This document shows positions 10,429 to 23,100 of a stretch of 64,000 bases of DNA, one piece after another. Every line of letters starts with the position of its first letter. Position 1 is the first letter of the stretch. The stretch lies in NCBI GenBank assembly GCA_011109175.1, contig RDEW01000004.1:1-64000 (forward strand), given 5' to 3'. The position numbers and the translations under genes were made by a program. The notes under the pieces were generated by a model. It did not search any database. It saw only the letters and a program-made list of their open reading frames with translations, and was not told the DNA's origin. The stretch comes from Dicyema japonicum (lineage: Eukaryota > Animalia > Dicyemida).

Positions 10429-12604
10429 ACAAAGTCTTGTAGACCCCAATTAGCATGTAGGGTCAAGTGATGTAAGTACTATGTCCAGCGTGAAAAATCT
10501 CCAGAGAGTTTGCCCCCTTCGCTTTATAGTAGGTTCCTTATTATGGAAACTTTTCAAGTGCCCCATCTTCTTCATTAATAAACGACCGTATATCCAGAAC
10601 GTAGTAGGTTTAAAGCTAATAAATACATCTCCAGTTAGTTTTCCCCTAGTAGGTCCCTTCCCCCAGAATGTTCTTCCACAGTAGTCCCAACTCTTCTGTA
10701 GGGACCAATGATGTGGGTAACAAAGTTTTGTAGATCCCAATTCGTGTGTAGGGCTCAATTGGTGTGGGTACCAGGTACAACTTGGAAAATATCCAGAGAT
10801 TTTGACCCTTTGGGTTACTCCCCCTTTTAATAGGTTCTTTCGTCTTTAAAATATGTTCATTCGACTTGAAATATGTTTCTTCGCCTTGGAAAAGATTCCT
10901 TCACCTTGCAATAGGTTCCTTCGTCTTGAAACTCTCGACTTGAAAACTGTTGGTTAATTGAAAATTCCACTTAGCACCAATGACGCCACGTGAAAAATTA
11001 ACTAAAGAAAATTTAAAATTTTTCGTACTTATGCTTTCAAATTGTGCTTCCGGAAAACTAACATAAACACATGGCAGAGTACATCAAACTACTGCAAGAC
11101 GTATCCCCCACAGAATGGTGGAATGAATTACCACGATCAAGAAGGTTCGAAGAAGAGTTATCGAGACCATTCTACTACGAGACTTAACATAATCTGAGAT
11201 TTCTTCACATCTAGAGAAGGACGATCAGAAAGCTCAACAAACCCGCAAAAATCGAGGATCCAAAAACCATGCACAATCGAGTACTTAGGAGAATTAGACA
11301 GCAACTGAATATCAGAAATAAAATTGTAGTGAAGTTAAAAAATATATAAACGGAGCTAAAATGTTCAGGGTAATGCACCTACTGAATATTGGGAGAGCAC
11401 CGAACGATCCTTGACAAAGAGAGGAACGCAATTATGGACAAGGACAGGAAGTCTACCCTTGTGTCGGAACATATCAAAGGACTCGTAGATTTCGATTGAA
11501 GGTAGTCCAGTTGGCTTAAAAAATCTGTTAACAATCAAGGACACAATATCTTTGATATCAATGCTTAATTTCAAAAAACCTCCTGGTTTTGACGAATATC
11601 GGGACAATTTCTGTCTTCTTGGCAAGGATTAATAGATCCAGCACAGAAACCTGGCAAGCCTAAAAGCCCCTTAAACAGTCAAAGTTCATAACTCTTCCTT
11701 CTTAGTGAGTCGAGTTTTTTTGAATGTCTCCAGAGTTCGTCATATCTTGATTTGGAATTCTCCATTAATTTTTTTATGAAATTCGATGTGGAGAAAAATA
11801 ATTAAGTAATATAAAATATTTAAATTATTTTTTTAATTTAATAAAAACTGATGGTCTCCTGTAGTGTGGAGGTTTTCATGTAACTTATCTTTAAGGATAC
11901 TATAAGAAAAAAACTGGAGAACAAATTTAAGGTATTTGAATAAGAAATATCCAGCCTAAATACTTGGAAGTTATCAACGAAAGTGAATCGTTTGGTTCAA
12001 AAAGAGGTATTTAAACTATTTTACTATACAGATGCTGAGCGGAACTTTAAGGTAATTGTGGTATCGGAAATGTTCGAGGGATTAAAACTGATCGATGTTT
12101 TATTTATTATTTATTGAAGAGACACAGAGCCATAAATAATCTTCTTGAAGAAGAGTTGTCAAATTTCGTTCATTCCTTATCCATTTGTGTACTTATTATT
12201 ATCATTTAAGGCCCGGACTCCTCAACAGTGGGACGTATGACACACTTGATATTATTATTACATTAAACAAAGTTTTTGGATATAATCTTACCACAATCCA
12301 TAAGGTTTTAGACCTGTTAGTGTATTGGTTGGTGCTATCACTCGCATCAATTTGTGGGTTCAACTCCCTCACCGCTATCTATTTGGACTTCCCTTCTGCT
12401 ATTGCTCTATTAGATTCCCATAATGGTCATTTGATCCACTTAACTAAGGAGACGCCCAATTCATCTTGAAAGAATCCCTCTCTTATCTACTCTAGTGTAT
12501 GGTTTCGCACAATGACGGATGCAAAAAGGGAAACGTACAACTCTAACCCGATTAACTTGATAAAAATCCAATTAAATTATATCAAAGATTATTGAAAAAA
12601 AGTG

Positions 12605-13893
12605 TTAATTATTCTTTTTAATTGTTCTGGGGACTTTGACGAATTTAAGCATAAAAATCATCAAAAGTATTACTAATAATAATAATAAAGCTTACATAAC
12701 ACACCTGCAACACCAAAAAAATATTTTGTATGATTGGGCAAAAGGACAAACACGGACTTGATGAGGAACCCATAAAATACTAAGGTCAGTGACAAATTTA
12801 TAGCAATTCTCAAAAAAAATCTCCATAATTTCCGAGGACATTCAATCCGTTCGTATAGTCCTTCCAGTGTTCCCCCATTCCCGTAAAACTCATCAAATAC
12901 TTTGTCCTAAAATAAAGAAACAATAAACTTTCTCCAAAAATGAATCAAAGAGGAACTGCTTTCTGAGTTCCTCGTCCTCAGGGAGATCTTTGAATGGATG
13001 AGCCCTTAATTACAGACAAAATTAACTTCAAGAAAAACTGCATCGTAAACTTATTTCCCATACAAATGTTATAAATGGTGGGGTCTACCTCCTCGAGAGA
13101 ACTCATCAAAAAGACTCCATTTATCAGATAATCAACTGAAATATATTTAATTATTACACTTTTCTCTGAGAAATTCTGTGGCAAACAGAAACCCACGTGG
13201 TCGAGGTAAAAGATGATGTTTAAGCACGGGGAGTCCACTCGCACGCGCAAACTCAACGCTCTTAGTGTGCTTTTCATCCGTAAACCTTGTCCCCTCAGGC
13301 AATAAATTCAACTACAATCATAACTAAGCAAACATTGATGGGCAAGTAAGGGGGATATGAAGTTAGAGTAGATAGCTTATCTTCTAGAATTGACTTGTCA
13401 CGAGCCCAATTTCTGTCGAGAAAGATATTATCAGTCATTTTGGAAACAATTCCAATAAAAGGGACGAAAATGAGAGACTTTTTCAAATGACACCTCATAG
13501 ACTAAAATAAGAAAAGGGAAAACCCGAAGACAGCCAATAATATCGGCCATAGAAAGCAAAAGGACGAAATCAGAGTTGTATTTGTGGTTAGTAATAAGGA
13601 GATTATTGTTGTTGTTCATAATACTGGGTATTTGAGGGTCTCCAAATACTTCAATCTTAGAGTCCATAATGAGTTCAATATATGAAGTGAAAACTATGTA
13701 ATTACATATAATTACTCGACATTAGTAATTCAAACAAATAGTAAATCAGCATCTGGTGGACGTTGGGGAATGTTAGGTTCAATAATAAATAGGAGATGAT
13801 ACATATTATAGTAATAAAAGAACCAGATCCGATTAATATTATTGTGAAAAGTGATAGATTTAAGAAAAATATGAGATTAGACTTTATATCCAT
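12605..13893 (-). CDS. AGPAT3/4: 1-acyl-sn-glycerol-3-phosphate acyltransferase (AGPAT3/4-like LPLAT), 8 exons
   Basis: Motifs NHKYNSDF, FLDRNW, PEGTRF, GLPVLKHHLLPRPRGF; C-terminal KKNN* (KKxx ER-retrieval signal). GT-AG introns at 13694-13715, 13502-13523, 13312-13333, 13136-13157, 13005-13026, 12907-12928 (all 22 nt) and 12673-12695 (23 nt) give one continuous frame. Confidence 0.92.
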
Positions 13894-14049
13894 TTAATGT
13901 TCCACACAGCAAAACATTATTTAAAATTATTTTTTATTTACAAAAATACTAAATTTATTTTATAAAGAATTTGTAAAAGTAAAAGAACTAATCCATTGTA
14001 AATTATTCCTTTTTGATTTTTAATAATAATACCTAAATCGATGTTCCCT

Positions 14050-15240
14050 CTATCACTGGCCCATGAAGCCATGTGGGCTAATTGGATAACAATTTATCTT
14101 CCTTCCCTCTGATAGCGTCATTGGATATACCTTACTAAGGAGACGCTCAATGCCTGGCTGGCAATCAAAAGGATCCAATTATTCATTCCACCGGAAGAAA
14201 ATTTCGTTTCTTGGTGACGAGTTCTGGAATCGACCTCAGCTTCCCGGACAAGTCCTCCGAATCACTGTTTCTTAGATGACGGTTATTCTGGAATGCGTTA
14301 GGATCAAGGAATTTGCTATTTTGCTTTATCCCTTGGTCTTTGGAACAACATTGTTTATTATTATTTATGTTGTACTTGAAAAATTTGCAATCTCGGTTAT
14401 TACTCTGTACGAGGACCATCAGAAGAGTCAATGATAATAAAATACTACTCCGGCCCCCTTTTCCAATCGGCCAATCAGAATCTTATCTTCCAAAAAACAT
14501 CTGGGTTAAACCTGGCTCGTCTAAGATGTGGACACCATTCCACCTCACATGCGTACAACGACGGTCTCCATTGACATCAACAAAGTATTCAATACTGTTC
14601 CAAGAAAAATTCACATTGGGAAAATTTTTGCTTAAAAAATACATCCAAATTTGAAGCTTTGGTTAGTAAACTTTCTCTCTAGAAGACGTGGAAGAGTTAA
14701 CTGTACCCATCTCATACCAAGATCACGATTACTACAAACAGAGCTCAAGGGTTCTCCTTCTCTCTGAATCTTTTCAACCTACTCTTTCACGTCTTACCAA
14801 CAGACAGGAACAAAGGTTCCTTGTTACTATTCCAAGGGGATGATTTAATCATCGCGTAATCGTTTAACGCGAGTCGCTCTAATGTTGATGGCCAGTGACG
14901 TACGACAAGATGTTGAATTTCAACTCCCATATGAAGCAAGTCTTCACCAAAGCCCTCCGAAAGATGAACGTTGTGAGTGCACTTGTTCAGAGGACCCCTT
15001 TAAATTTGGATGGCTCTATCGCGAAACAATACCAGCAAACCATCCTCGTCTGTAGGATATTCCTCTGTTGCGTGGGGATTCGCGCTATTGGAGACTCAAT
15101 TCAATTTACCGAACTACCATTCTTATGCTGGGCCACACAGGATCATCAGTCACTCCTCTATTCACGGTAGCTACGACCCATAGTCGTGGGTCAAGATTTT
15201 TCAGCGTCTGCGAAGAAGATGGAAATTTCAAGATTTTGCT
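14050..15240 (+). mobile_element. Degenerate, internally deleted Vingi-like LINE with structured 5' head
   Basis: 5' pseudoknot at 14114-14178; RT relics SIDINKVFNTVP, QGSP..LFNLLF, FQGDDLII, TYDKMLNFNSH. Confidence 0.65.
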
Positions 15241-16984
15241 TCACCTGTCCATATCCATGGCAAAAGAAAACCGATTGGCCCAAAAGTTCCCATATCCAAT
15301 CGGATTCCTCTGCAGGAATAAGAGAAGGCACTTTCGTTTATAGTGCGGAAAATTGAGGACCACAGACTTTGAATGACGCAGTTGATTGCGAGAACTTGAA
15401 TGTTGTAACTGTTTGAGTATCAGCAAGCTCTATCAGCAGCCTCGGCAATATTGAACGCAAATTAATTCATATTTTTTCACGTCGAATGGATGATTTGAAT
15501 GATTTATCCGTTCAAATCCAAAAATTAAACTCTGATTCCGAATTAAGAGAGGAATTAATAGACCTCTAAAATAATACATCTCATGAAATTAACTTTCAAG
15601 ATACATCATTTCCTCATGTTTGGCAGAATTCGAAAATTAAAAAAAAGCTTCCAAAATTGTGAAACTCGATCTCACAATCCTGTACATGATGAGCTTGCAT
15701 ATCTCCTGTTGTCGAGGCATTCAAGAAGGCGTCTTATGTGTTTTTGATCGTTTTAGATACTTCTCTTCTTAGTTACTTTTGCAGAATTTTTGAATTTCAC
15801 TGTTTGGCGGTAGGCGGAAGTCTGGGAGGTAGAATAGTGGGGTTATGGTCAGTTGGGAAACCATAACGTATAGACTCCGAAAAGTTAACTACGACCAATG
15901 ATATTAATCTTATGAGGAAGCATAACACACATATTAAGAGTTGCGAACCTTGTGAATCCACTACACATAAAAAAGATCCTAACTACATCAAAACAAAAAT
16001 TGCTTTGAATTAAGCTGAAGCTCATATTATCTTGATGGTAGTACCCCAATCTACTAAGAGTGGTCATGAATATATACCACAGAGATCTTATTCCCCAAGT
16101 AAGGTTAGACAAATAAGTATCTTTCAGTCCAAAAAAAAGTGACGTTTCACGGAATATATACAGATAAAGGATGAACGCTCCTGGCTATGATCATAGCTAG
16201 ATAAAACTTTTTAAAGAAAACCAAAATCTTCTTTGAGGGCCTCAGCATATTTGTTGGCTCAAAATTCTAAGTTTATAATAAAATGGTATAAAGACCCATA
16301 GAGATAATTTTAATATCTTAAATGCTGAAAATACAGGAACACATAGGAGACTCTCCTAACTTATTGAATTGAGTAACTTGCAACAACACTTTGGCCTCAA
16401 CTGCCGCTCCCTATTTTATCACACAATGAGATAGTACGGCCACGTGGCTTATATCAGGAAATTCCTCACAGGAAATTGCTCAACAGAACGTGCATTTAAT
16501 TTACAAAGGTTACCATAAAATCACAGAAAATCAAAGATCCGGTCCATCAGATCCAGGAATAAGCTAATAAATAGAGCACTGATGAATACCATTGCGATGT
16601 TATTACCATTTAACAGTAATTTGTCAAATTTAGAGATTTTCGTATCATTTTGTGAAATTTCACTAAAATTACCACAATTTATACAATTTTTGGACGTCCA
16701 TAAGTACCATATCTACGAGTAACAACAGCCAAACTCAAAAAATTATCAAAACCACAGAGGACTCCAGCGATTTCAATTTCATCCTTCATTAATAAGTGTA
16801 TTTTAGACCCAATGCACTTATCTATGAGTTCTACCATTAGTTATTAAACTCAACCCATTGGGAGAAGTGTAACACTAGACATGCTCTATTTATAAATTTG
16901 AAAATGTAATTAAGTTCAATATTTATTTGTTAATGTTAAATATTAAAATTGCCAATTTTTATTTATTATTTTATTCATTTATTT

Positions 16985-17200
16985 GAGAACCCAGTTAAAA
17001 CAACTAATTAAGTGATCCCAGTTTCTATTGATTCCGGGACTCTTCTTGCATAGTCTTCCATTGTTCCAACTATTGGACGATAAATCCTCCGCGAGTACCT
17101 ACAAAAAAACTCAATTGGGATGTCTTTCTTTAGTACAGATCGGCTCTCCTAAATGAATACAAGTCTCTTTTTTGCAGAGGTCTCGAGTATGTGTTCTTTT
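16985..17200 (-). mobile_element. Vingi-like LINE 3' end
   Basis: GGGATCACTTAATTAG motif on the reverse strand followed by an AATA tail. Confidence 0.55.
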
Positions 17201-17518
17201 GTGTTGGGTAAATCGGTAATAAACTGTGAAGATGCGTCGTAATTAAAAAAACCCTATCGGAAGCCGTATTGGAAAGAAGACGATGGAAATACGAGAAATT
17301 ATCTTTAGGACAAATTTTTCAAAAAATTTGGATATGACATTTTTATCACACATACTACCGTCGCGGACATTACTTCATTCATAGGCAAAAGAGTGTTCAT
17401 AATGTTGGTCAAGGAGAACGTAGAAAGGTCCATTTCGCCTTCTGACTGGGAAAGTTATTAATTATTATATTGATTATTAATAATATTTATTTAATAAAAA
17501 TTCAAATTAAATTAAACA

Positions 17519-17527
17519 TCACGTGTT
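17519..17527 (+). promoter_or_regulatory. E-box TCACGTGTT in the RPL22 core promoter or 5' UTR
   Basis: CACGTG ends 11 nt before the ATG, after an AT-rich tract; the same 9-mer lies at 58954-58962 before the C19orf53-like gene. Confidence 0.35.
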
Positions 17528-17536
17528 AAGCTGTGC

Positions 17537-17958
17537 ATGGTTTGTAAAGTAATTATTACTTTATGTAGACTTTGTCACGAGGAAGGAAAATAGCGAGGAA
17601 GCCTAGTTTTAAGAGGGTGCATCCAGTTGACAACAGAAAAAAGACCAAATCCTATAAAATTGACTGTACTGCAGCCGCTGAAGACAAAATTATAAATCCT
17701 GAGGATTTGGTGGCATATTTAAAGAACAGACTCAAAATCGACGGAAAATGCGGAAATATAGCAAACGTAGTCTCTATTGTTTGCAAGAACTCCGTCGTTT
17801 CTGTGGAGACTTTGAAGAGACTTCATAAGAGGGCACTGAAGTATTATGTAAAGAAGTTCTTGAAGAAGAATCAGGTCAGGGATTATTTGAGAGTGATATC
17901 GAGTGACAAAAATACGTACAGCCTTCAGTACTTCGAGATGGAGGGAGAGGCTGCGTAA
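17537..17958 (+). CDS. RPL22: 60S ribosomal protein L22 (eL22)
   Basis: YKIDCTAAAEDKII..YLKNRLKIDGKCGN..KRALKYYVKKFLKKNQVRDYLRVISSDKNTYSLQYF; ATG at 17537 with a 20-nt intron 17549-17568 (alternative 29-nt intron 17540-17568 keeps the same frame). Confidence 0.95.
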
Positions 17959-18229
17959 TTATTACTGTTCTTTATTCTGTTTTCATTATTTACTATTTTT
18001 ATTCTCGGTTGGATTGTGACGAAACACAAAACTTAACATGAATGTGTGCTTTTTCCACCAAAGTGACCCTAGTGGGTATTGAGTGGGGAACCTCTAGGCT
18101 TTTCCTATAGGGCGTCTCCTACTGGGGTTTGGTGGACTCGATCTTTGAAACTCGTTCATCTTAAGACGGTGACAGGGACGGTACCTAATATTGAAAAAAA
18201 TAATGATTTACGCGTTTAGCTAGCTCGAC

Positions 18230-18600
18230 TTAGAGAGGTGCTCATACTTGCACTTCTTTCTCCTGCAGTGGCCGTTTAGGAAATCCTTTTGAGGATGGAA
18301 CATTGCCTGGTTCCTAATATTGTCCGAATGAACTTGGATTGAAATAGAGCGCAGCGGTATCTTCACTCAAGCACAGAGAACGTTGACGGGGAAGCTTTGG
18401 TCGATTCCAGAACTTCTCGCCAGAGAGCGAAGTTGTCTTTCAGTGGGAATGAATTGATGGTTTCTTTTCAATGCCAGCCAGGCATTGGGCGTCTCCTAAG
18501 TAAGGTGGTCAAATAACGCCACCAGAGGGAAGGAAGAGAAATTTTCAATCTAGTAGCCACGTGGCGCCACTCTGCCGAGTAAAGAAACTTAGAAGTTGAC
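18230..18600 (-). mobile_element. Vingi-like 5' head fragment
   Basis: Aligns by eye to 14060-14260 (CTTCCTTCCCTCT..CCTTACT.AGGAGACGC.CAATGCCTGGCTGGCA). Confidence 0.6.
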
Positions 18601-19499
18601 TGTCGTGAATGTTTGAACACAATGAGTCCTTCCATCAGAGTTCTAGGTATGGGGGATAACATAACTAATCTGTCTTTTACGGCTTAATTATTATCATTAG
18701 TAGGGACCTCTATAGCTCAAACAGTCTTCATCTCTTCAAGAAGAATGCAATCCTTATCGAAATAACGGGATCAGGAAATATTGGATACAAGAAATGTTGA
18801 AACTAAGGATTTGTTGAATACACTAATCTTTTTGGTTCAAATCTCGTCTGATCTAAAATTTTTTAAACGTCGGAAAGATTCCCCATAGCAGTTTGTAAAC
18901 CAAGTTTACAAGTGATCTTATAATCAGTGTCATATTACCGAAACCGCAGTCAATTCAGTAAGGATCTTTACAGAAATTCATCAAATCTCTCCGATATGTT
19001 ATCGTTAAATTTGACATCAAGAGTGCTTACAATATTATAGGGATTCTATTCTGGAATCTTGTATGGAAAATGTCCCAATGTTTTCAAGCTGATTAACCAG
19101 TATTATAGGCTCCAGACTATCCTCCTCTTTGGCGAATATCGAATACCCTCGTTTTTAAGAGTCCAGCACTTGGACAATCTCTGACCATTTCTCTTCTTTT
19201 TTTAAAAACCACCTGGTTCAATGCAATTTAAGCGGTGTATTGGATACTTTTCATGACGACGATTCAATTTGAATCCGAACCTTGCTGCCACTTGGAATGA
19301 AGATAAGTGTGCCAATCCAGTGCAGATGCTTCGAAAAGATTGACGATTTTGTCTACATCCACTCGCTTGCAGGAGGGGTGCCGCTAGAGCTTCCATTCTC
19401 AAAGCATTAAACGAAGTCGTCTGACTAATGCTTTGGAAAATATTGGTTCCTCCTCAGTACTCGAACTTGTTGTGATGTGTAGACAAGATTTAAAACGTC

Positions 19500-19835
19500 T
19501 GGATTAAATGAACATTTTTTCGTTTGCGACCGGAAAGTTCCTGGCCTGTGACGTCATTTTCACGGACATCTTTACTCTACACAACCTCCCTCAGAGAGGT
19601 GCTAATGCCTGTTCACTCACATGGATGGTCAACGCCGGAAGTATCTCAATCAAATCCTTTGCTCCAAACAGCAGCGGGGGTTTGTACGGTGATTACTGGT
19701 TTAAAAATGCTGTCATAAAATTATGTGAAAGAAAGAACTGAGAAATTCAGATCGGGAGATGGTTCCTATATATGATTAGATTGACTGCAAGGAAAGTAAA
19801 GGGAAAGGACCTGCCAATTGCTTCGGCGAGATTAG
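19500..19835 (+). mobile_element. CRE-like RT N-terminal fragment
   Basis: IKSFAPNSSGG and a degenerate RPIA motif, matching 5460-5700. Confidence 0.5.
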
Positions 19836-19959
19836 ATTAATTTTTTTAATTTCTTCGAGACATTTCATGATCATTGTCGGTAGATCCTAATAATATTAAT
19901 TTATGTGACAGTCAAGGCCGGTCCTAGATTAGGCCGGTCCTAATAATATTAATTTATGT

Positions 19960-20405
19960 GACTCCAAGGATTGAAAGCGTTTCCCATTAAAAATACGCTT
20001 TCAATCTCTGGATTCATCCTGGATCCCCTCCTCACATTCACTTATCAAGTGGACATAGTCCAAAAAAAAATTGGAATTCTCTTGGCTTTCACTCACTCTC
20101 CAATATCTTCCCGCCCATCGTTAGAGCTTCTCACCTCGTCACAATGGAGAACACTAAACGTCCCTTAATCATGGAATACCTTACGGAACGTCACCGGAAC
20201 TTCCTCAATTCACCTGACATCCCCTCGAGCCGGACATCAAACTATATATGGACGTCTATGAAAAGAGACCTTCCCCGCTGTGGAGAGTAATCCAGGACTC
20301 CGAAACTAACCGCAGAAAAGGACTGGTACGGACACCGGGATCACTTAATTAGACGATATCTTTTAACCACTTTCTTGTGATTTTGGGGTTAATAAAATAA
20401 ATAAA
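19960..20405 (+). mobile_element. Vingi-like LINE 3' part
   Basis: KRPSPLWRVIQDS..; GGGATCAC (20337)/GTGATTTT (20377) stem; GGGGTT-AATAAA tail. Confidence 0.7.
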
Positions 20406-21560
20406 AATTGATGCGGCGTTTCCACTCTGGACCGCTGGAGATCAACTTGATAAGCCATTACGTTTCACGGTCATCGTGGCTACAGAGCGAGGCAATATGT
20501 CCATGTTTCTTGAGGAAGACAAAGGACTTATTGCTGAGGTGTTCTCGATAGCATTTGCACGGAAGAGATATCTGTCGAGGAGTTTTCTATACTTCTTTTC
20601 TTTAGCTCTCTCCGCTTTCTCTGAGCGGAAAGTGTCTTTACCACACAAAGTCGACATATGATAGACAAAGTACTGGTTTCCCCTCCTTGAATAGAAAGAT
20701 TTTTACTCCGTCCAGGCGCTTTCTGTCTCTCTTATCCAGGATAGTGGATAAAAGTATATAGAGTGTCCTAAAGACTCCAATGCGCGTTTCATAATATTAG
20801 TGTGTCGCGGGAATCCCACCGCACTTCTTGTGTATGAAAGGGCGTGATGTCCGTATGTGTCGACAATTCGACAACTGTGAGTCTGGCATATTCTCAACCC
20901 CAGACGGATAGTTATCCGATGTGGATAACTCATCATCCTGATGCGTGTTAATGTTCACAATCGGCGTCACATGCTCATCTTGACCAACGGTTGGATGAAG
21001 TATGGAAAGGAACACGGGGGTTGCTGTATCTGTCGGGGAACAAATGTAAAGACTTCCGAAGCGGACGGATAGGGTTGCCAGATCATGCCTTGATCCTCAA
21101 ACTTGAAGTTGGTAAGATGTTTGCTTGTAGAACGGAAGAGTGAATTCATCGATTCGAGCTGTTGGATTCTCAAGAAACAAGGTGGACCACAAAGTCGGTG
21201 GTTCAATTTAGATGTTGTCCGGGCATTCTTCAGAAGGAAGATGCGCATGTGCATCTAACATTCCAACACTAACTTTACTTGTTGTTCTCCTGTTAATAAA
21301 GCACCTCGATTGTTGGGGGGCATCCAAGTATTTCGAGTTGGTTGGCTGGAGTCTCTGTAGCCATAGGAATTAGTTCTTGGAACGATGATATGATCGACTT
21401 TCATTTGGGCAACGGGGATCCGAAAATACTAATCTCGCAGATCTGTTTATTCCGCATCAGGCATCAGGAATAGATCGAGTTAACCAATCAATATTCCAGA
21501 ACTAACATTCTGAAGGCCCACTGTTTTGAGTTCCTTTCTTGTTCCCAAAAAAACATCTTT
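20405..21560 (-). mobile_element. Degenerate CRE-like LINE (RT C-terminus, zinc knuckle, RLE)
   Basis: IRLGLRICQTHSC..GHHALS..RH..KRALES; KAERAKEKKYRKL. Confidence 0.8.
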
Positions 21561-21824
21561 TGACTAAATTGCCATGTATAGTGGCTAGGAATTTATAAGA
21601 GTTAACTGAGATTTGTTGGGACGTCTGATATTTTTATTTTGCTCAACTTCTGACAGATCATCTCATAAGTTCCTTCAACTTTTTGGTTGAACCAGTTATT
21701 TCGTGCATTAGTAGAGTTTTTGATGGTTGTGAGTCCGTTACTTCGTCCCTGCATAAGGGATTTTATCCATAATGAAATAGACATGCGTAAGCACTTAACC
21801 TTCTGATTGATAAACCGCTTAATT

Positions 21825-22320
21825 ATTATTATTACCCCCAGGATCACTGGGTCAAAGAGAAAGAAATAAAAGTTCTCATCTAACTAAGTGATCCCAGACC
21901 GACAAAGGAGAGGGGTCGAGAATCCTGAAAAGCTTTTCTCATCGGAAAATATTGTGATAATAATAAAACGGAAGATATAGATTCCTTGACGTAAAATCTT
22001 CCATTCATCAACTTCTGCAGAGAAGTGCATTAAAAATGACATATTCGTGAGATTTTATAGAATAACAGGTTCTCTGCTTATTTTCGTTACTAAAAATCAC
22101 TAAGATTATATTCTTGAAAGGTCAAAGTATTGCACAAATGTCAACTCTAGTTTTTGGTGAATAAAAGATTTGTCCTTTATTCGTGAGTATGAACAGGGTG
22201 ACGGAGCCAGGAGATATCAAAAACTTGATGTTCTGAAGAAAGAAAATTTCAGATGCAGGTAGAATCTGCATTCGAATTTCGGGCAACCAAAAATTAAGAG
22301 TTTGGAGGTTCACTTATCAG
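21825..22320 (-). mobile_element. LINE 3' end with the family stem-loop and (TAA)n tail
   Basis: GGGATCAC (21895-21888) pairs with GTGATCCT (21847-21840); TAATAATAAT tail. Confidence 0.65.
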
Positions 22321-22929
22321 AACGTATATATTACTAATAATTGGACAGTATATGAAAGACGTTGTTAAACTTTCATTTATTCCCCAAGGATCACTAGGTT
22401 AAGAGAAGACGAATATCCTCCACCGTGATTTACGACTGACAAGAGATCGTAAGTGCATGCATTATAATTGTGAATGAGATTAATCTTATGATTTTTATTA
22501 TAATTTTTTACTATCAGAGATCTCCAATTATTACCTGGACCCCTTATGTTTGGACGAAATTTTAAATATTTTAACGGCTGTTAGAGCGTCACGAAATTCG
22601 GCAAAATAATCAGAGCCTTTTTGGCATTTTAGTGTTTAAACGATTAGTCCTGAGGTCACGGATTATAGTTTATATGATTTGTTACTTAAAAGGAGGGTCG
22701 CAGAGGTTGGATAAGAGGGACCTCTGATAATGTGATTACATTGAGGACATAATAATTTTGAAAAAGTGAAATCATCTGTTTATAACCCACAAAATGGACT
22801 CCAAATAATTGAAACTTAGTTATGACTTTTATGGTTAGCAGACATTTCACAACTTCTCTTAGTTCAGAACTCACATCAAGTAAACATGAAGACCCAACGC
22901 TCTACAGTTGTATGTTAATGCCTTACTTT

Positions 22930-23100
22930 AATTTCCTCTGTTCCTTTTCTTCTATTGCTCTACTAGATTGGCGTCATACGTTCCACCTGTTTCAGGAGTG
23001 GCACAAAAAAGGATCACTTGATCTTCTCCATCTACTGGAAGGGTTCCCACAAATTCAAGAACTATTTTGAGAGAGAATAGCCATGTGGTGAGGGTTTCTT
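22930..23100 (+). mobile_element. Partial Vingi-like 5' head (pseudoknot with internal deletion)
   Basis: GGCGTC..CCTG-TTT-CAGG..GGCA-CAAAAAA-GGATCA; downstream CTACTGGAAGGGTTCCCACAA resembles the 31125-31460 element. Confidence 0.55.

Noticed and set aside
20277-20300. AVESNPGL, resembling a second 2A peptide
   Set aside because: It lacks the Asp and the final Pro, and the overlapping frame is the family's RT C-terminus (PSPLWRVIQDS), so the match is coincidental
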